64,000 nt of DNA from Eledone cirrhosa (lineage: Eukaryota), in the NCBI GenBank assembly GCA_964016885.1, contig OZ024742.1, forward strand, positions 323,392,001-323,456,000, read 5' to 3'. The notes under the pieces were generated by a model. The model did no database searches and was not told the origin of the DNA. It was given only the letters and a program-made list of their open reading frames with translations. This document shows, in pieces, positions 1 to 11,159 of this stretch. Within the stretch, counting starts at the first letter, position 1. Every line of letters starts with the position of its first letter. The position numbers were made by a program, and so were the translations under genes.

Positions 1-839
1 CATGATAGAGAAATACAGCTGTTCTTGTGTCCACAACAGTATCAATTACAAAGCTTGGCTAGATGTGGTTCCGCCACAGCTGAACGTATTGCTGAATATA
101 GCTGTGAGTCTATATGATTATAAGATTGATGTTTGGATTCATTAGTTAGGCCTATACTAAAGTTGTATTAATGAGTTTTAATAAAAAGAATGTGTTTCAA
201 TTTATTTATGCCTGTTTAAATATAGAGAGCGGCGAATTGGTAAAGTCGTTAGAATGTTGGATAGAATTATTTGCAGTATTCGTTCTGACTGCGTTCAAAT
301 CCCGCCAAGGTCGATAAAAATGTACCAGTCTAATACTTGGCTCGATTCTTCCTCTCCTTCTCTGGGAGAAATCGACTGTGATCAGATCTGGAGAAGAGAT
401 CTCCTCCGCCAGGTTTTAAAAATGACCAAGAAACGCCGTATATCAAGAAGACTTGACCAGAAGTTACGGGTCCATACATACATATATTTATAGAGAGAGA
501 TTTGTAAAACTATTAAAGCACCAGACTGTAGTTTAGTTTGATAAATGATACATTCAAGCATGGTAAGTTCTGAAGCGCATATTTGACCACTGTAGCTCGA
601 TTAGTTTGGCCTGCACGTTGCTATAGATTAGCCTCTTGATATGGATGACAATGAAACTGAAATGCACCTCGTAATGATTTATTTTTGTATTAATTTTTTG
701 CAAACTTTTCTTTAGCCGTTACTATTTCTTTTCAATATGGATGGAGATGTTTTGCAAAGTTCTAAACAGGAGTATCATGAGCGTAAACACATCCTGCACT
801 TCGATTATGATTGTCGGTAAATTTATAGAATACCCCTCT

Positions 840-1200
840 CGAATTCAGCTGGAAATAATTATTTCCTCTCTCTTTTTTTTTTCGTGTGCTATCAACTAAT
901 CTGGCCTCCGACATGCCGTAAAGTTTTTTTTTCCTCGGGAATGGATTTACCTCACTCCTCCACCGAAGTTTTCTTTACCATTTAAAAAGAAATGTACGTG
1001 TGTTATCAATGAATCTGACATCCAAACCAGGTGGGAACGACTAGTTTTGTAGAAAAGGGGCAGGGAAAACCATCGGAGCTTCATAGATCTACACTCCTCT
1101 CGTGTTTGGTGGGAAATAGTTTTTTTTCGCTTGTTATCGATGAATCTGACCTCCAAAAACACTAACACTTCCTACATTTGTTGTGAGGTACGGTTAAATA
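840..1200 (+). promoter_or_regulatory. Conserved upstream block of ZNF-A with three copies of a TG(C/T)TATCAAYKAATCTGACCTCC-like motif
   Basis: Motif copies at 881-909, 997-1023 and 1125-1154. Homologous copies lie upstream of ZNF-B (minus: 15961-15985, 16088-16117, 19015-19046) and ZNF-C (26441-26470). Confidence 0.5.
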
Positions 1201-1246
1201 AAAAACAAATAATATAACACGTAAAAAAAAATGATAAAGAAAACCG

Positions 1247-1425
1247 ATTGTAAATAAGAGTACACCTCTACCCTGAAAGAAGACACTGCTAGCTCATTCT
1301 GAATTGTTAAATTACAGTTCTGAAGATGAAACATCAACCATATCACTACAATAGTGACAATAACTGTCAGCTGACCTTACCTTTAAATTGAACTAGTTAT
1401 AAAGCTCAACATTGTCTTGTTCAAA
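1247..1425 (+). repeat. ~180-bp direct repeat, copy 1 (copy 2 at ~4760-4938)
   Basis: cacctctaccctgaaagaa...cctttaaattgaactagttataaa.ctcaacattgtcttg occurs on both sides of ZNF-A. Confidence 0.85.
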
Positions 1426-2350
1426 TAAACCGGGGGGGGGGGGGGTAGTAGATCATAATCTCCCCTTCCCCTCCATTTTCTGGGGAAAAAGTCCTTTGCA
1501 GTATGTTCAGATGTAATTTTAGTTAATAGCATATGAAAAAAGCAATGTAAAATAATTATTTCCCAATGAAATCATATAATAATTGTTTCTCCTTTTGGAA
1601 CAAGGCCAGCAATTACTCCAAGTGCATTAGTGGTGCTTTATTTCATCGACCCCGTAAGGATGAAAGGCAAATTTTGGATTGTCATACAAACCCCAACCAT
1701 TGAATACTTTCTGGCTTCTTGATATTCACTTTCTTTTTATAATCGATTCTCATTTCCTTTCAGTTTTATTTTATTGCCTTGATTATGTCTCCAATATCCT
1801 TTCACACTTACAAATCATGAACATTGGTTTTTGGGACCCAGTGTTAGTCAGTTGTTCCGAATATATTTAGATATTAATTATACTTCTGGGTATAATTAAT
1901 GAACTCTAGTTCCATCAATTGACTATCATTAGTCTTTTTATAGTTCTTATTTTTACAGTGCAGATTTCACCAGCCTTTTGTAATGTTCCATCTCAGAAGG
2001 TTTCTTCAGTGTTTTAATTATAGTAGCACCCTAGCCCTATCATATCAACAGTTTTCTGGTGGCAGGAATTGTGATTTGAATTCAGAACACACAGAGCCTA
2101 AACAGACACTGTAAGGAATGATGTCTGATGCTTTAACAATTCTGCCAATCAAATTACATCATTATGATCCATCTATCAAATAACTGCAGACTGAATTAAT
2201 AGAACTTAGTCATAATCAAAGCCATATAATTCACAAGATTGACTAAGCTAAAGTTTAATAGCCATCCAATGACTAGGGCACTGTTCAACCCTGGTCATAA
2301 CAATTCTATTCTTTCAAATCATTTAAAATTATCTATAATATATTATATTA

Positions 2351-2432
2351 CTTCTTTATTTCAGGATATACTGATGATATGGACGTGAAGATTTTTTTAT
2401 TTCAAATTTATCAATTTCTTTATCATCCTTGA
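2351..2432 (+). promoter_or_regulatory. Putative splice acceptor plus short uORF (MDVKIFLFQIYQFLYHP*) upstream of ZNF-A
   Basis: cttctttatttcAG|g at 2363-2364, ATG at 2379, TGA at 2430-2432. Equivalent elements at 13936-13994 (minus) and 27472-27543. Confidence 0.5.
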
Positions 2433-2847
2433 ATATGAAAGGAATACTTTATTAAAAATAGATGTAACAACACCTGTACCTCTGTTCATATAAATCCTTA
2501 GTTACATTTATCATCATCACAATCATCTACATATTAATACCCATGTTCTCAAACTGATTAATGTGTTGGGACATCATCAATCTATGTTGATAAGTAAAAC
2601 TTATTTGAATTTTTTTTAACTTGCTGAAATATTTTTGTGTTGTTTGATGAAAATAGAGAGTTTTATGTAAGACTCAAGTTGAAAATATGAATAAGTAATA
2701 AAATATTGATTTTTCTTATCAAACACTGAAGAAGACAGTGAAGAAATCATATCTTTCATATCAATTAATTCAACATAAATTAATTAACAGAGATTCAATA
2801 TTTTATATTATTTCAGAGTTACAGCATTTATAGTAAAAAGATTAATT

Positions 2848-4245
2848 ATGAGGGGCTTGATATCTACGACGGAAGAAAAAATACATCAGTGTGATATCTG
2901 TGGTAAAATAATATCTAATAAAAGTGACTTAAAAAAACATGTCTTGATTCATAGTGGAAAGCGACCATATCAATGTGCTATTTGTAATTATACATTTTCT
3001 CAGATGTCTGACTTAAATACACACCAAGCTAATCATACAGGAATGAAGACATTTCACTGTGATACCTGTGGTAAATCATTCACTGGGAAAAGGAGCTTGA
3101 AACAACATGCACTAATTCATACTCAAGGGAAACCACATCGATGTGATATATGTGGTAAATCATTTTCTCAAAAAGCTAACTTAACTGCACATCGGATTGT
3201 TCATACAGGAGAGAAGCCATATCACTGTGATGTCTGTGATAAATCATTCTCTCAGAAACATACCTTAACTTCACACAAATGTGCTTCTATGGGAGAAAAA
3301 CCATATGACTGTGAAATCTGTGTTAAATCATTCTCTCATATAAATATCTTAAATGAACATATGCGTATTCATACAGGAGAGAAACAATTTCAGTGCAGTG
3401 TATGTGGTAAATCATTTATTGTAAGAAATAACTTAACAAAACATGTTAGTATTCATACTGGAGAGAAACCATATCAGTGTGATATGTGTCATAAATCATT
3501 TTCTCAGAAACGTTCCTTAACTACACACCAACATATTCATACAGGAGAGCAGCCGTATCACTGTGATATCTGCGGGAAATCATTCTCTGCAAAAGGTATC
3601 TTAGCTAAACATATTCATATTCATACAGGAGTGAATCCATATCAGTGTGATATCTGTGATAAATCATTTTCTGACAGCAGTTGCTTAACTAGACATAAAC
3701 GTATTCATAAAGATGAAAAACCATATCAGTGTGATATCTGTGGCAAATCATTTTCGCAAAAAAATGTCTTAACTAGGCATAAATATACACATACAGGAGA
3801 GAAGCCATATCAATGTGATAAATGTGACGAATCATTTTATAAAAAAATCCACTTAACAACACATAAATATACTCATAGTGGAAAGGAGCCATATCGCTGT
3901 GATATCTGTGGTAAATCATTCCCTTATGTATATGTTTTAACTCTACACATACGTAGTCACACAGGAGAAAAACCATTTCAATGTAATACCTGTGGTACAT
4001 CGTTTTCTAAACAAGGTAACTTAACAAAACATTTACATACCCATACTGGAGAAAAACCATTTCAGTGTGATATCTGTGATAAATCATTTGCCCAAAGACA
4101 TCACTTAGAAGCACACCAACATGTTCATACAAGAGAGAAGCCGTTTACTTGTGATATCTGTGGTAGTTTGTTTTCTCGAAAAGGTAACTTAACAACACAC
4201 CAATTTATACATACAGGAGAGAAGCCATATAGCTGTGATGTCTGA
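2848..4245 (+). CDS. Poly-C2H2 zinc-finger protein (ZNF-A): 16 fingers (finger 5 degenerate), stops inside finger 17
   Basis: 465-aa ORF of tandem CxxC-x12-HxxxH units with TGEKPY linkers. TGA at 4243-4245 falls inside a finger, and out-of-frame remnants of two more fingers continue to ~4405. Confidence 0.92.
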   Translation: MRGLISTTEEKIHQCDICGKIISNKSDLKKHVLIHSGKRPYQCAICNYTFSQMSDLNTHQANHTGMKTFHCDTCGKSFTGKRSLKQHALIHTQGKPHRCDICGKSFSQKANLTAHRIVHTGEKPYHCDVCDKSFSQKHTLTSHKCASMGEKPYDCEICVKSFSHINILNEHMRIHTGEKQFQCSVCGKSFIVRNNLTKHVSIHTGEKPYQCDMCHKSFSQKRSLTTHQHIHTGEQPYHCDICGKSFSAKGILAKHIHIHTGVNPYQCDICDKSFSDSSCLTRHKRIHKDEKPYQCDICGKSFSQKNVLTRHKYTHTGEKPYQCDKCDESFYKKIHLTTHKYTHSGKEPYRCDICGKSFPYVYVLTLHIRSHTGEKPFQCNTCGTSFSKQGNLTKHLHTHTGEKPFQCDICDKSFAQRHHLEAHQHVHTREKPFTCDICGSLFSRKGNLTTHQFIHTGEKPYSCDV

Positions 4246-4759
4246 TAAAACATTCTATGTACAAAATCAATTAGCCATACACAAAAAATTCACACAGGAG
4301 AGAAGCCACATGACTGCGATAGCTGTGGTAAATCATTCTCTTATAGATTTCAGCTAAACAAAAACAAACGTAGTCATTCTAGAAATGAAGCCAGCCATTG
4401 ATATAATTTCTATAAAAAGATATCTTTTTAATTCACTTGAACTTATTCTCACAAAGTAGCCATTTACCCTGTAAAGATATTTACACAAGAGATAAATCAT
4501 ATCACTATTGATAAACTGTAACAAACTGTTATATTACAGTAATTGTTTACCTAGCTATAAGCATGTTCACACACCATAGAAACTCTATCATTATGATATA
4601 TATATAGTAAACCATTGTCTAAAAGAAATATTTTTTATTAATAGTTGACAGAAAAAAATGCTTTATCTCTGTAACCAAATATTTGTTTATAAATACACAG
4701 CAGAGTCAGGCAACAATGGAAGCTGAAGGAAGGACTCCACTCTGTTGTGGCACATTACT

Positions 4760-4938
4760 GATTGTAAGTATAAGTGCACCTCTACCCTGAAAGAACACAC
4801 TAATAGTTCATTCTGAATGGTCAAACTACAGTTCTGACAATGAAACACATCATATCACTACAATAGTGACAATGACTGTTAGTTGACCTTGCCTTTAAAT
4901 TGAACTAGTTATAAAACTCAACATTGTCTTGTCCAAAA
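4760..4938 (+). repeat. ~180-bp direct repeat, copy 2
   Basis: Colinear with 1247-1425, with scattered substitutions. Confidence 0.85.
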
Positions 4939-6184
4939 AAACCCATCAGACAATGACCACTATCAGAACAACAAATATCATCAACATTAATAACACCACC
5001 ACTGCTGCCAGAACAACAAACATCATCATCACAGTAGCAAAATTATCAACATTAATAACACCATCATTTCAAGAAGATACTCCATGTTTATTACTGATGT
5101 TGGTTAGAACATGTATGTTCTGGAGATGATTAATAGTAAATATGTCAAGTTCAAACTCTACTTCAAAATTCTGAACACACGTTTTATTGTTTTGCTTTTT
5201 CCTTTCATTATAATTCAACAACAAATATTTTAACAGCAATTATTCTAATGAGGTAAAATACCAGATCATATCCAAGACAAAAGACATTTGAGCAAGAAAA
5301 ATGAATTAATTAGCAAATGCAGTTGTGAAACTTTTGTTTAGATATCTTGGTTTTGTTCTTGGCTTTTTTAGGTTATCCTTTTTTTTTTCTTGTTAAAGAT
5401 TTCCTACTCTGATAAATGTTTAAGTAACTGCATGTAAAAAAAGTGGAACTATTCTAAATAATAAATAATTACCTAAAGATATTAGTTGTTTTTACTTTGT
5501 AAAATTAGTTTGTTGGGTATATTATCATCAGCATCAGTGTTTAATGTCCATTTTCCATAATCATGTCTTGCTCATACATATCAGTTGGGTATAGTTGCTA
5601 CAGCTGGATGTCCTTCCTAATGCCAACTACTTTACCGCATGTATTGGGTGCATTATATTGTGCTGATACCACAGCTTGTTAATAAATCATTATTATTGCA
5701 TCATACTTGTGTCAAGTACTCACTACAGATAAAGAAAATAATTTGAAGGTTAACTCCACACAGTTTCATATTTGATGAGTACTTCGGCATTCACATATAA
5801 GACCTATGTTTAAGCCTTCTGATACCAATCTGCCTATAACTGCCTTTCATTCTATGAAAGAAATTACTCATTTTAAAGGGTTCCTATTTAAATTAAACCT
5901 TCCAACATAATTTGATGTCAGAACTTTAATATTAATGTAGACAATAATGTTAGTAAATCTAATTCTTCATTAATTATGTCAAATACAATATATTTCATTA
6001 GAAATATGATCACGAAAAGGTTAAATGGCTTGTCAGTAAAGTGGAATACATCAAATAGATGAGACAGAAAGAACATTTTTATGAGAATGACATACATTGT
6101 TCCTTACCTGTGACATGCCATTTAAACCTCCATCCCCATAAAGTAGAGAGTGCTCATCACTCAAGTCAATGACTGAGAATCCCA

Positions 6185-6700
6185 CTAGTGCTGGTGCCAT
6201 GATAAAACACTCTGTAAAATGGTTGGTGCTAGGAAGGGCTTCCAAACATAGAAATGATGCTAAAAGGGGTTGAGAAGACCCTTCAGTTATAACATAAACC
6301 TTTCTAGTGTTGGTGCTATAAAAAATGTATCCTGTAGACCTTCTGATGTGGTTTGTGATTTAAAGGGCATCCAGCTGTAGAAACACCGTCAAAAAAAGGA
6401 TGAGAGGATTCTTTAGTTGTATTGAAGGCACAACAACCTTTTTACTGTAAGAGACATGATAAAATGCACAGAGAACATTCTAAAGTGATTGGTGATAAGA
6501 AGGGCATCCAACCATAGAAAACTTTCCAAAGGCTCAAGTGGACTCTTCAGCTGTGAGAAAGACATGATAATCTCCCTATTGCTGGAGCTATGATCAAATA
6601 TACCCAGTGTAGGATGCAGCTCCAATTAAGTACTGACTTGGTTTATGACGGCCTGTCCAACCCTTGCAAGCAGGGAAGAGGGATGTTAAATGGGGATTAT
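6185..6700 (+). mobile_element. Degenerate, internally repeated RTE-type 3' UTR remnant
   Basis: Three decayed copies of ggttggtgntaggaagggcatccagcnntagaaa, ending in ccaacccttgcaagcaggga...gatgttaaa like the RTE tail. Confidence 0.55.
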
Positions 6701-7218
6701 GAACACAGTCTCCTCACTCTTTGAACAAGGAAAATTAATTAGTAAATGCACATATGAGAGTAAGTATTAACTCCACCATCTTCCATAGAATGCATGAATC
6801 AGATTGAATTATCAGATGTAAATTGATCATTGTGATGGAAATTCACTCACCACCTCCAGGTGTCCACAGTACAATGAACCACAAGTCTAATGGAATTCCT
6901 TCTAGAAGTCAGCTGCATCTGAACATTACTTACCTGCTTGAAAGTTCGGACTACACTAAATAATTGTTTCTACATTTGGAACAAAGTCATCAATTTGAAG
7001 GAGGGTGGAAAAGTTGATTATATCGACCACAGTGTGTTACTGGAGTTTTATTTCATCTACCTCAATGGGATTTGAACTCAGACCATAAAGAGCTGTAAGA
7101 ATACACTGCAAAGCATGTCCGACACTCTACTGATGCAGCCCACTAACTTCACTAAATAATAAATAGTTATCTACGTAAAGTATTAGTTCTTTTCATATTA
7201 TTAATTATAAAGGCTTGT

Positions 7219-7564
7219 GGAGGCACATGGCTTAGTGGTTAGAGCATTGGCCTTGCAATCGAAAGGTTGTGAGTTCAATTCTCAGACCGGGTGATGTGTT
7301 GTTTCCTTGAGCAAAACACTTTATTTCACATTGCTCCAGTTTACTCAGCTGTAGAAATGAGATGATAGGGACTGAGGTCCCTATCATTCCACTGCAAAGT
7401 GGTCGTGGAGGTGCCACGGCAAAAAAGCACCCAGCACTCACTGTAAATGAGGTTGGTGTTAGGAAGGGCATTCAGCTGTAGAAATCAAGCCAGAATCAGT
7501 TCCCGTCCCACCCTTGCAAGCAGGGAAAAAGTGGACGTAAAATGAAATGATGATGATGATGATG
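7219..7564 (+). mobile_element. tRNA-derived SINE with CORE-like centre and RTE-derived 3' tail
   Basis: A box tggcttagtggttagagc, B box gagttcaattctc, CORE-like ccttgagcaaaacacttta...ctcagctgtagaaatgag. The tail matches the RTE 3' UTR and ends in (GAT)n. Confidence 0.8.
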
Positions 7565-7720
7565 AAACATATCCTGAAAATATGTCGCATTTACTGACAT
7601 AATGACTCCATACTTGTGGTAGGATTGTATGTATTATATATTTCAGTTGGCTAGTACTCAAGTTTCATCAATGATGACTAACCAGCATTGTTGAAACTCA
7701 AATACCAGTGAACATATATG

Positions 7721-8146
7721 CAAGGTGTCTCCAAAAAATGTATACACACTTTGATTAACTATACAGGAAATATTTATTAGAATGCACAGCCTTTCCCAAA
7801 AATAAAATGATCTACAGACATAATTCAGTTGTATGTAAACACCCAAAAATGTTTACATGATTTAAATAATTGTTTCTACGTTAGGTACAAGGCCAGCAAT
7901 TACCCAGTGCATTACTGGTACTTTATTTTATCGACCCCGTAAGGATGAAAGGCAAAGTCAACCTCGGCGGGATTTGAACTCAGATCGTAAAGGGACGTAA
8001 CTATGCTGGAAAGCATGGCATCCAACCCTCTACCGATACTGCCAATCCACCGCCCTTACATGATTTAAATAATGCATATGAAACAGAATTTATTTTAATG
8101 CATTTTTTAAAGATTTTTGTGTATACATTTTTTGGGGGACATCTTG
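7721..8146. mobile_element. Tc1/mariner-like MITE with ~30-bp TIRs, containing a nested SINE
   Basis: caaggtgtctccaaaaaatgtatacaca at 7721 is nearly the reverse complement of tgtgtatacattttttgggggacatcttg ending at 8146. TA follows the right end. Confidence 0.6.
7871..8055 (-). mobile_element. tRNA-derived SINE (Deu/Nin-like core, ATT tail) with 18-bp TSD
   Basis: Minus strand reads gggcggtggattggcagtatcggtagag...gagttcaaatcccgccgagg...gcctttcatccttacggggtcgataaaataaagtacc. TSD ttacatgatttaaataat at 7853-7870 and 8056-8073. Confidence 0.85.
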
Positions 8147-8357
8147 TATATATATATAAGGCCTTCATCTGGAACACAACCTACAGCAAAATTGGCATCA
8201 GGCCAGGCTGGGGATTGCAAGCTGACAAAGTACTAGCTGCTCTTCAAGTTGTCCATTGTGTCAAGATATGAACAAGCTGCATTTCATTTGAACACTTGAA
8301 ACTAAGAAAACATGTTAAATATATGCAGCTTTCAGCTCCTATAGATATATCTATGTA

Positions 8358-9780
8358 TCATCATCATCGTTTAACGTCCCTGTTCCACGCTTGCATGGGT
8401 TTGGACGGGGGTTTTCCCACTTGAGGCAAGAGTGGTTGTCTTGCTCGCATAGGACTGTCTGGCGGGTTTTCTACAGCTGGATGCCCATCCTAACACCAAC
8501 CACATTTACAGTGTGGGGCTGGGAGGTTTTTACCGTGTTGCCTACACGGCCACATTACAGCGTGGACTGTCTGGCGTGTTTTCTACAGCTGGATGCCCTT
8601 CCTAACACCAACCACATTTACAGTGTGGGACTGGGAGGTTTTTACTGTGTTGCCTACACGGCCACATTACAGCGTGGATTGTGTGTTTTTTGTCGTGACA
8701 CCTACACGATCTCATTTGTTTCGGCCTGGATGTTGTGGCACCAACATAACTTTGCATTGAAGGGGGCGGTGTGGATGGGGTGGGGGTGGTGGGACGGGGG
8801 TGTATTTTGTTAGAGATGCCTACTGACTGTAGTAGGTTTTATTTTGTATTTAGGTAAGGCGGGTCTTCTCTGTTACTGAGTACCGCCAAAGGTCTCGGTC
8901 CAGTGACATTGTCTTGGAGAGGTGTAAGTGTGTGAGGTCGGAATTTATCAGCTCGTCCCAGGTTTTCCTGGGTCTGCCTACTCCGTGGCTACCATCTATC
9001 TTTATTGCCCTGCACACAATGCCCAGGTCTCACTGCCATGCAACATTGCTGTTCGTATGCAGGCATCATACAACCTGCCTTTCATTTTTAGGGAGAACCC
9101 TTTAGCGGCTAATAGTGGTATAAGCTCTCTGAACTTTTTCCATCCAGTCCTGACTCTAGCTACTGTACTTTCAGAGCACCCTCCGCCACTGCTGATTTTG
9201 TCACCCAGGTAACGGAAGCTGTCCACTATTTCTATAGAACCCTCTGCGCAATTGAAAGAGTTAGTATTTTGTGGGCACTTGCTGCTACTTATTGCACCAG
9301 AGCACCGGCCACATGTAAAATCTGTGTTCTTAGTTAGCTTACCTGTGATCCCACTACATCTTTTATGCACCCATACTTTGCATTTGGGACATAAAATGGA
9401 GTTTCTACCTACGCCTTTCCTACACACCGAGCATAGCCATTTCCCGGAGGGGACCAGTGCCTTATTTTCTTTCCTACAAACTAGAACTTTAGTCTTAGCC
9501 AGGTTAATTTTAAGGCCTTTTGATTCTAGGCCGTGCTTCCATGTTTGGAAATTTCTTCTCTAGCTCGGCCATTGATTCAGCTATGAGCGTTAGATCATCT
9601 GTGTATAGGAGTTCCCATGGGCAGCCGGTCTTGAACTCCTCTGTTATAGCCTGAAGGGCAATAATAAATAGGGGGCTAAGAACGGAGCCCTGATGGACAC
9701 CAAATTTTACGCTAAACTCTTCACTATATTCGTTGTTAATTCTAACCTTGCTGACTGTTTCTTTATACATGGTTTGTATG
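8358..9780 (-). mobile_element. 5'-truncated, decayed RTE-clade LINE copy
   Basis: ORF pieces [17 protein letters not shown] and FRYLGD are nearly identical to the 45-47 kb copy. It has a (GAT)n tail, an internal deletion and a 3' UTR duplication. Confidence 0.92.
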
Positions 9781-10415
9781 TATATTTTTAAGAAATAAAA
9801 CCTTTTGTTATAAATGTAATTGGTAAGTTAGTATTATTATATTTAATATAAGGAACATAAAAAAATAATTATGCCATGAAAGGAAAATAATATTAGTCAA
9901 TGATTATTTTGATAACTTATTTTTTTAAAAGGACATAACATATTCAGATCTTATTGTAACCTTGTCAGTGAAATATAGCTGAATTAGTTGCAGGAAATTA
10001 ATAGTGATTGCAGAAAGATAAAACAAGAATGAATTATGTATTTTGTTCATTTTATTTCTTATATACCAATATAAAATATAGATCTCTTCTGATATGGTTG
10101 ATAGAACAATAAAATAATAGTTACACAGAGCATAGTTTGAAAATCTTATTGCTACATCTTTTAATTCTCACCTTGTAGTGCCAAACACATACCAGCATGT
10201 TTTAGTTTCGTTCATGAAACACAGGTCCAGATAAAGTAAATAAAGCAAAAATATCTTAAACAAAAATTGACATCCAATCTGGACCTGGGGTAGTAAAATA
10301 CAAAAGACAGCATTGTCACTCAAAGTTTCATATATGTGCTTGTGAGAATGTTCATACATATATGTTCATATTTTATATTGAAGAGTGTGTTGTACAAAGT
10401 GTTATGGAAAATGTA

Positions 10416-10530
10416 TATTCTTTTACTCATTCGACTGTGGCCATGCTGGAGCACTGCTTTGAAGAGATTTAGTTAATTATACTGAACTCAGTACTTTTTT
10501 CTTCTTCAAATCTGGTACTTATTTTATGGA
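10416..10530 (-). mobile_element. SINE remnant whose tail matches the CR1-group LINE 3' end
   Basis: ttcttttactc...gactgtggccatgctggagcactgc resembles tactcttttac...ggctgaggccatgctggggcactgc at 40396-40460. Confidence 0.55.
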
Positions 10531-10929
10531 ACATACACAAATGGTGGTTACTCATAGAATATGATTTAAGGGGAAATTGGTTGCCCTCCTGTGCATTTAT
10601 AAAAAAATATCTAGCTACAGATCTCATAGAGATAAGGATTCTTTTGTCAATAGTTAAGCAAGATATTTCTTTTAGACAATGGTGAGGTGATAAAAGCTGA
10701 CCTTAAACAATTGCACTTCTTAACGGTAATGACATAAGATAGAGATCACTGGCATTTTGCAGTAATACAGAAGACCCCACCTTTTCGTGTGCACAGGTTG
10801 AAGCATGCATCTAGAATGCACCATTTTTCCTTATACCCCCCCCCCCCCCCCAACTCACCACCCTTCATCCATGTCCATACTCCCCTCACCCTTCACCAGA
10901 TAAGTGCCCTACTCAGATCTACTTCTCCC

Positions 10930-11125
10930 ACCCCATCCTAGCCCACAGTCCACACTATAAAGTGGTTGTTTTGGTGCCACAACAAAAAGCACCCAGCCCA
11001 CACTGTAAAGTGGTCATGTTGGTGACATGACAAAAAGCACCCAGTTCACTCTGTAAATGTGGTTGGCATTAGAAAGGTCAGCTGTAGAAACCAAACCCAA
11101 TTCAGTTCAGTATGAGTAAGACAAG
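10930..11125 (+). mobile_element. RTE 3' UTR fragment with ~46-bp internal repeats, downstream of ZNF-B
   Basis: Repeated cacactgtaaagtggt...acaaaaagcacccag followed by atgtggttggcattagaaagg. Same family as 29025-29405. Confidence 0.7.
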
Positions 11126-11159
11126 GTTTCTATAGTGTGTAAACATGTTTATAGCTAAA

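Noticed and set aside
1314-1370. acagtt-CTGAAGA-t-GAAA...aactgt, resembling a minimal hammerhead
   Set aside because: No stem II or III and no cleavage triplet, and the core is not kept in the paralogous copy at ~4830.
7219-7290. tRNA-like A and B boxes (also in the other SINE heads)
   Set aside because: No complete cloverleaf, and they continue into SINE cores and tails, so they are not tRNA genes.
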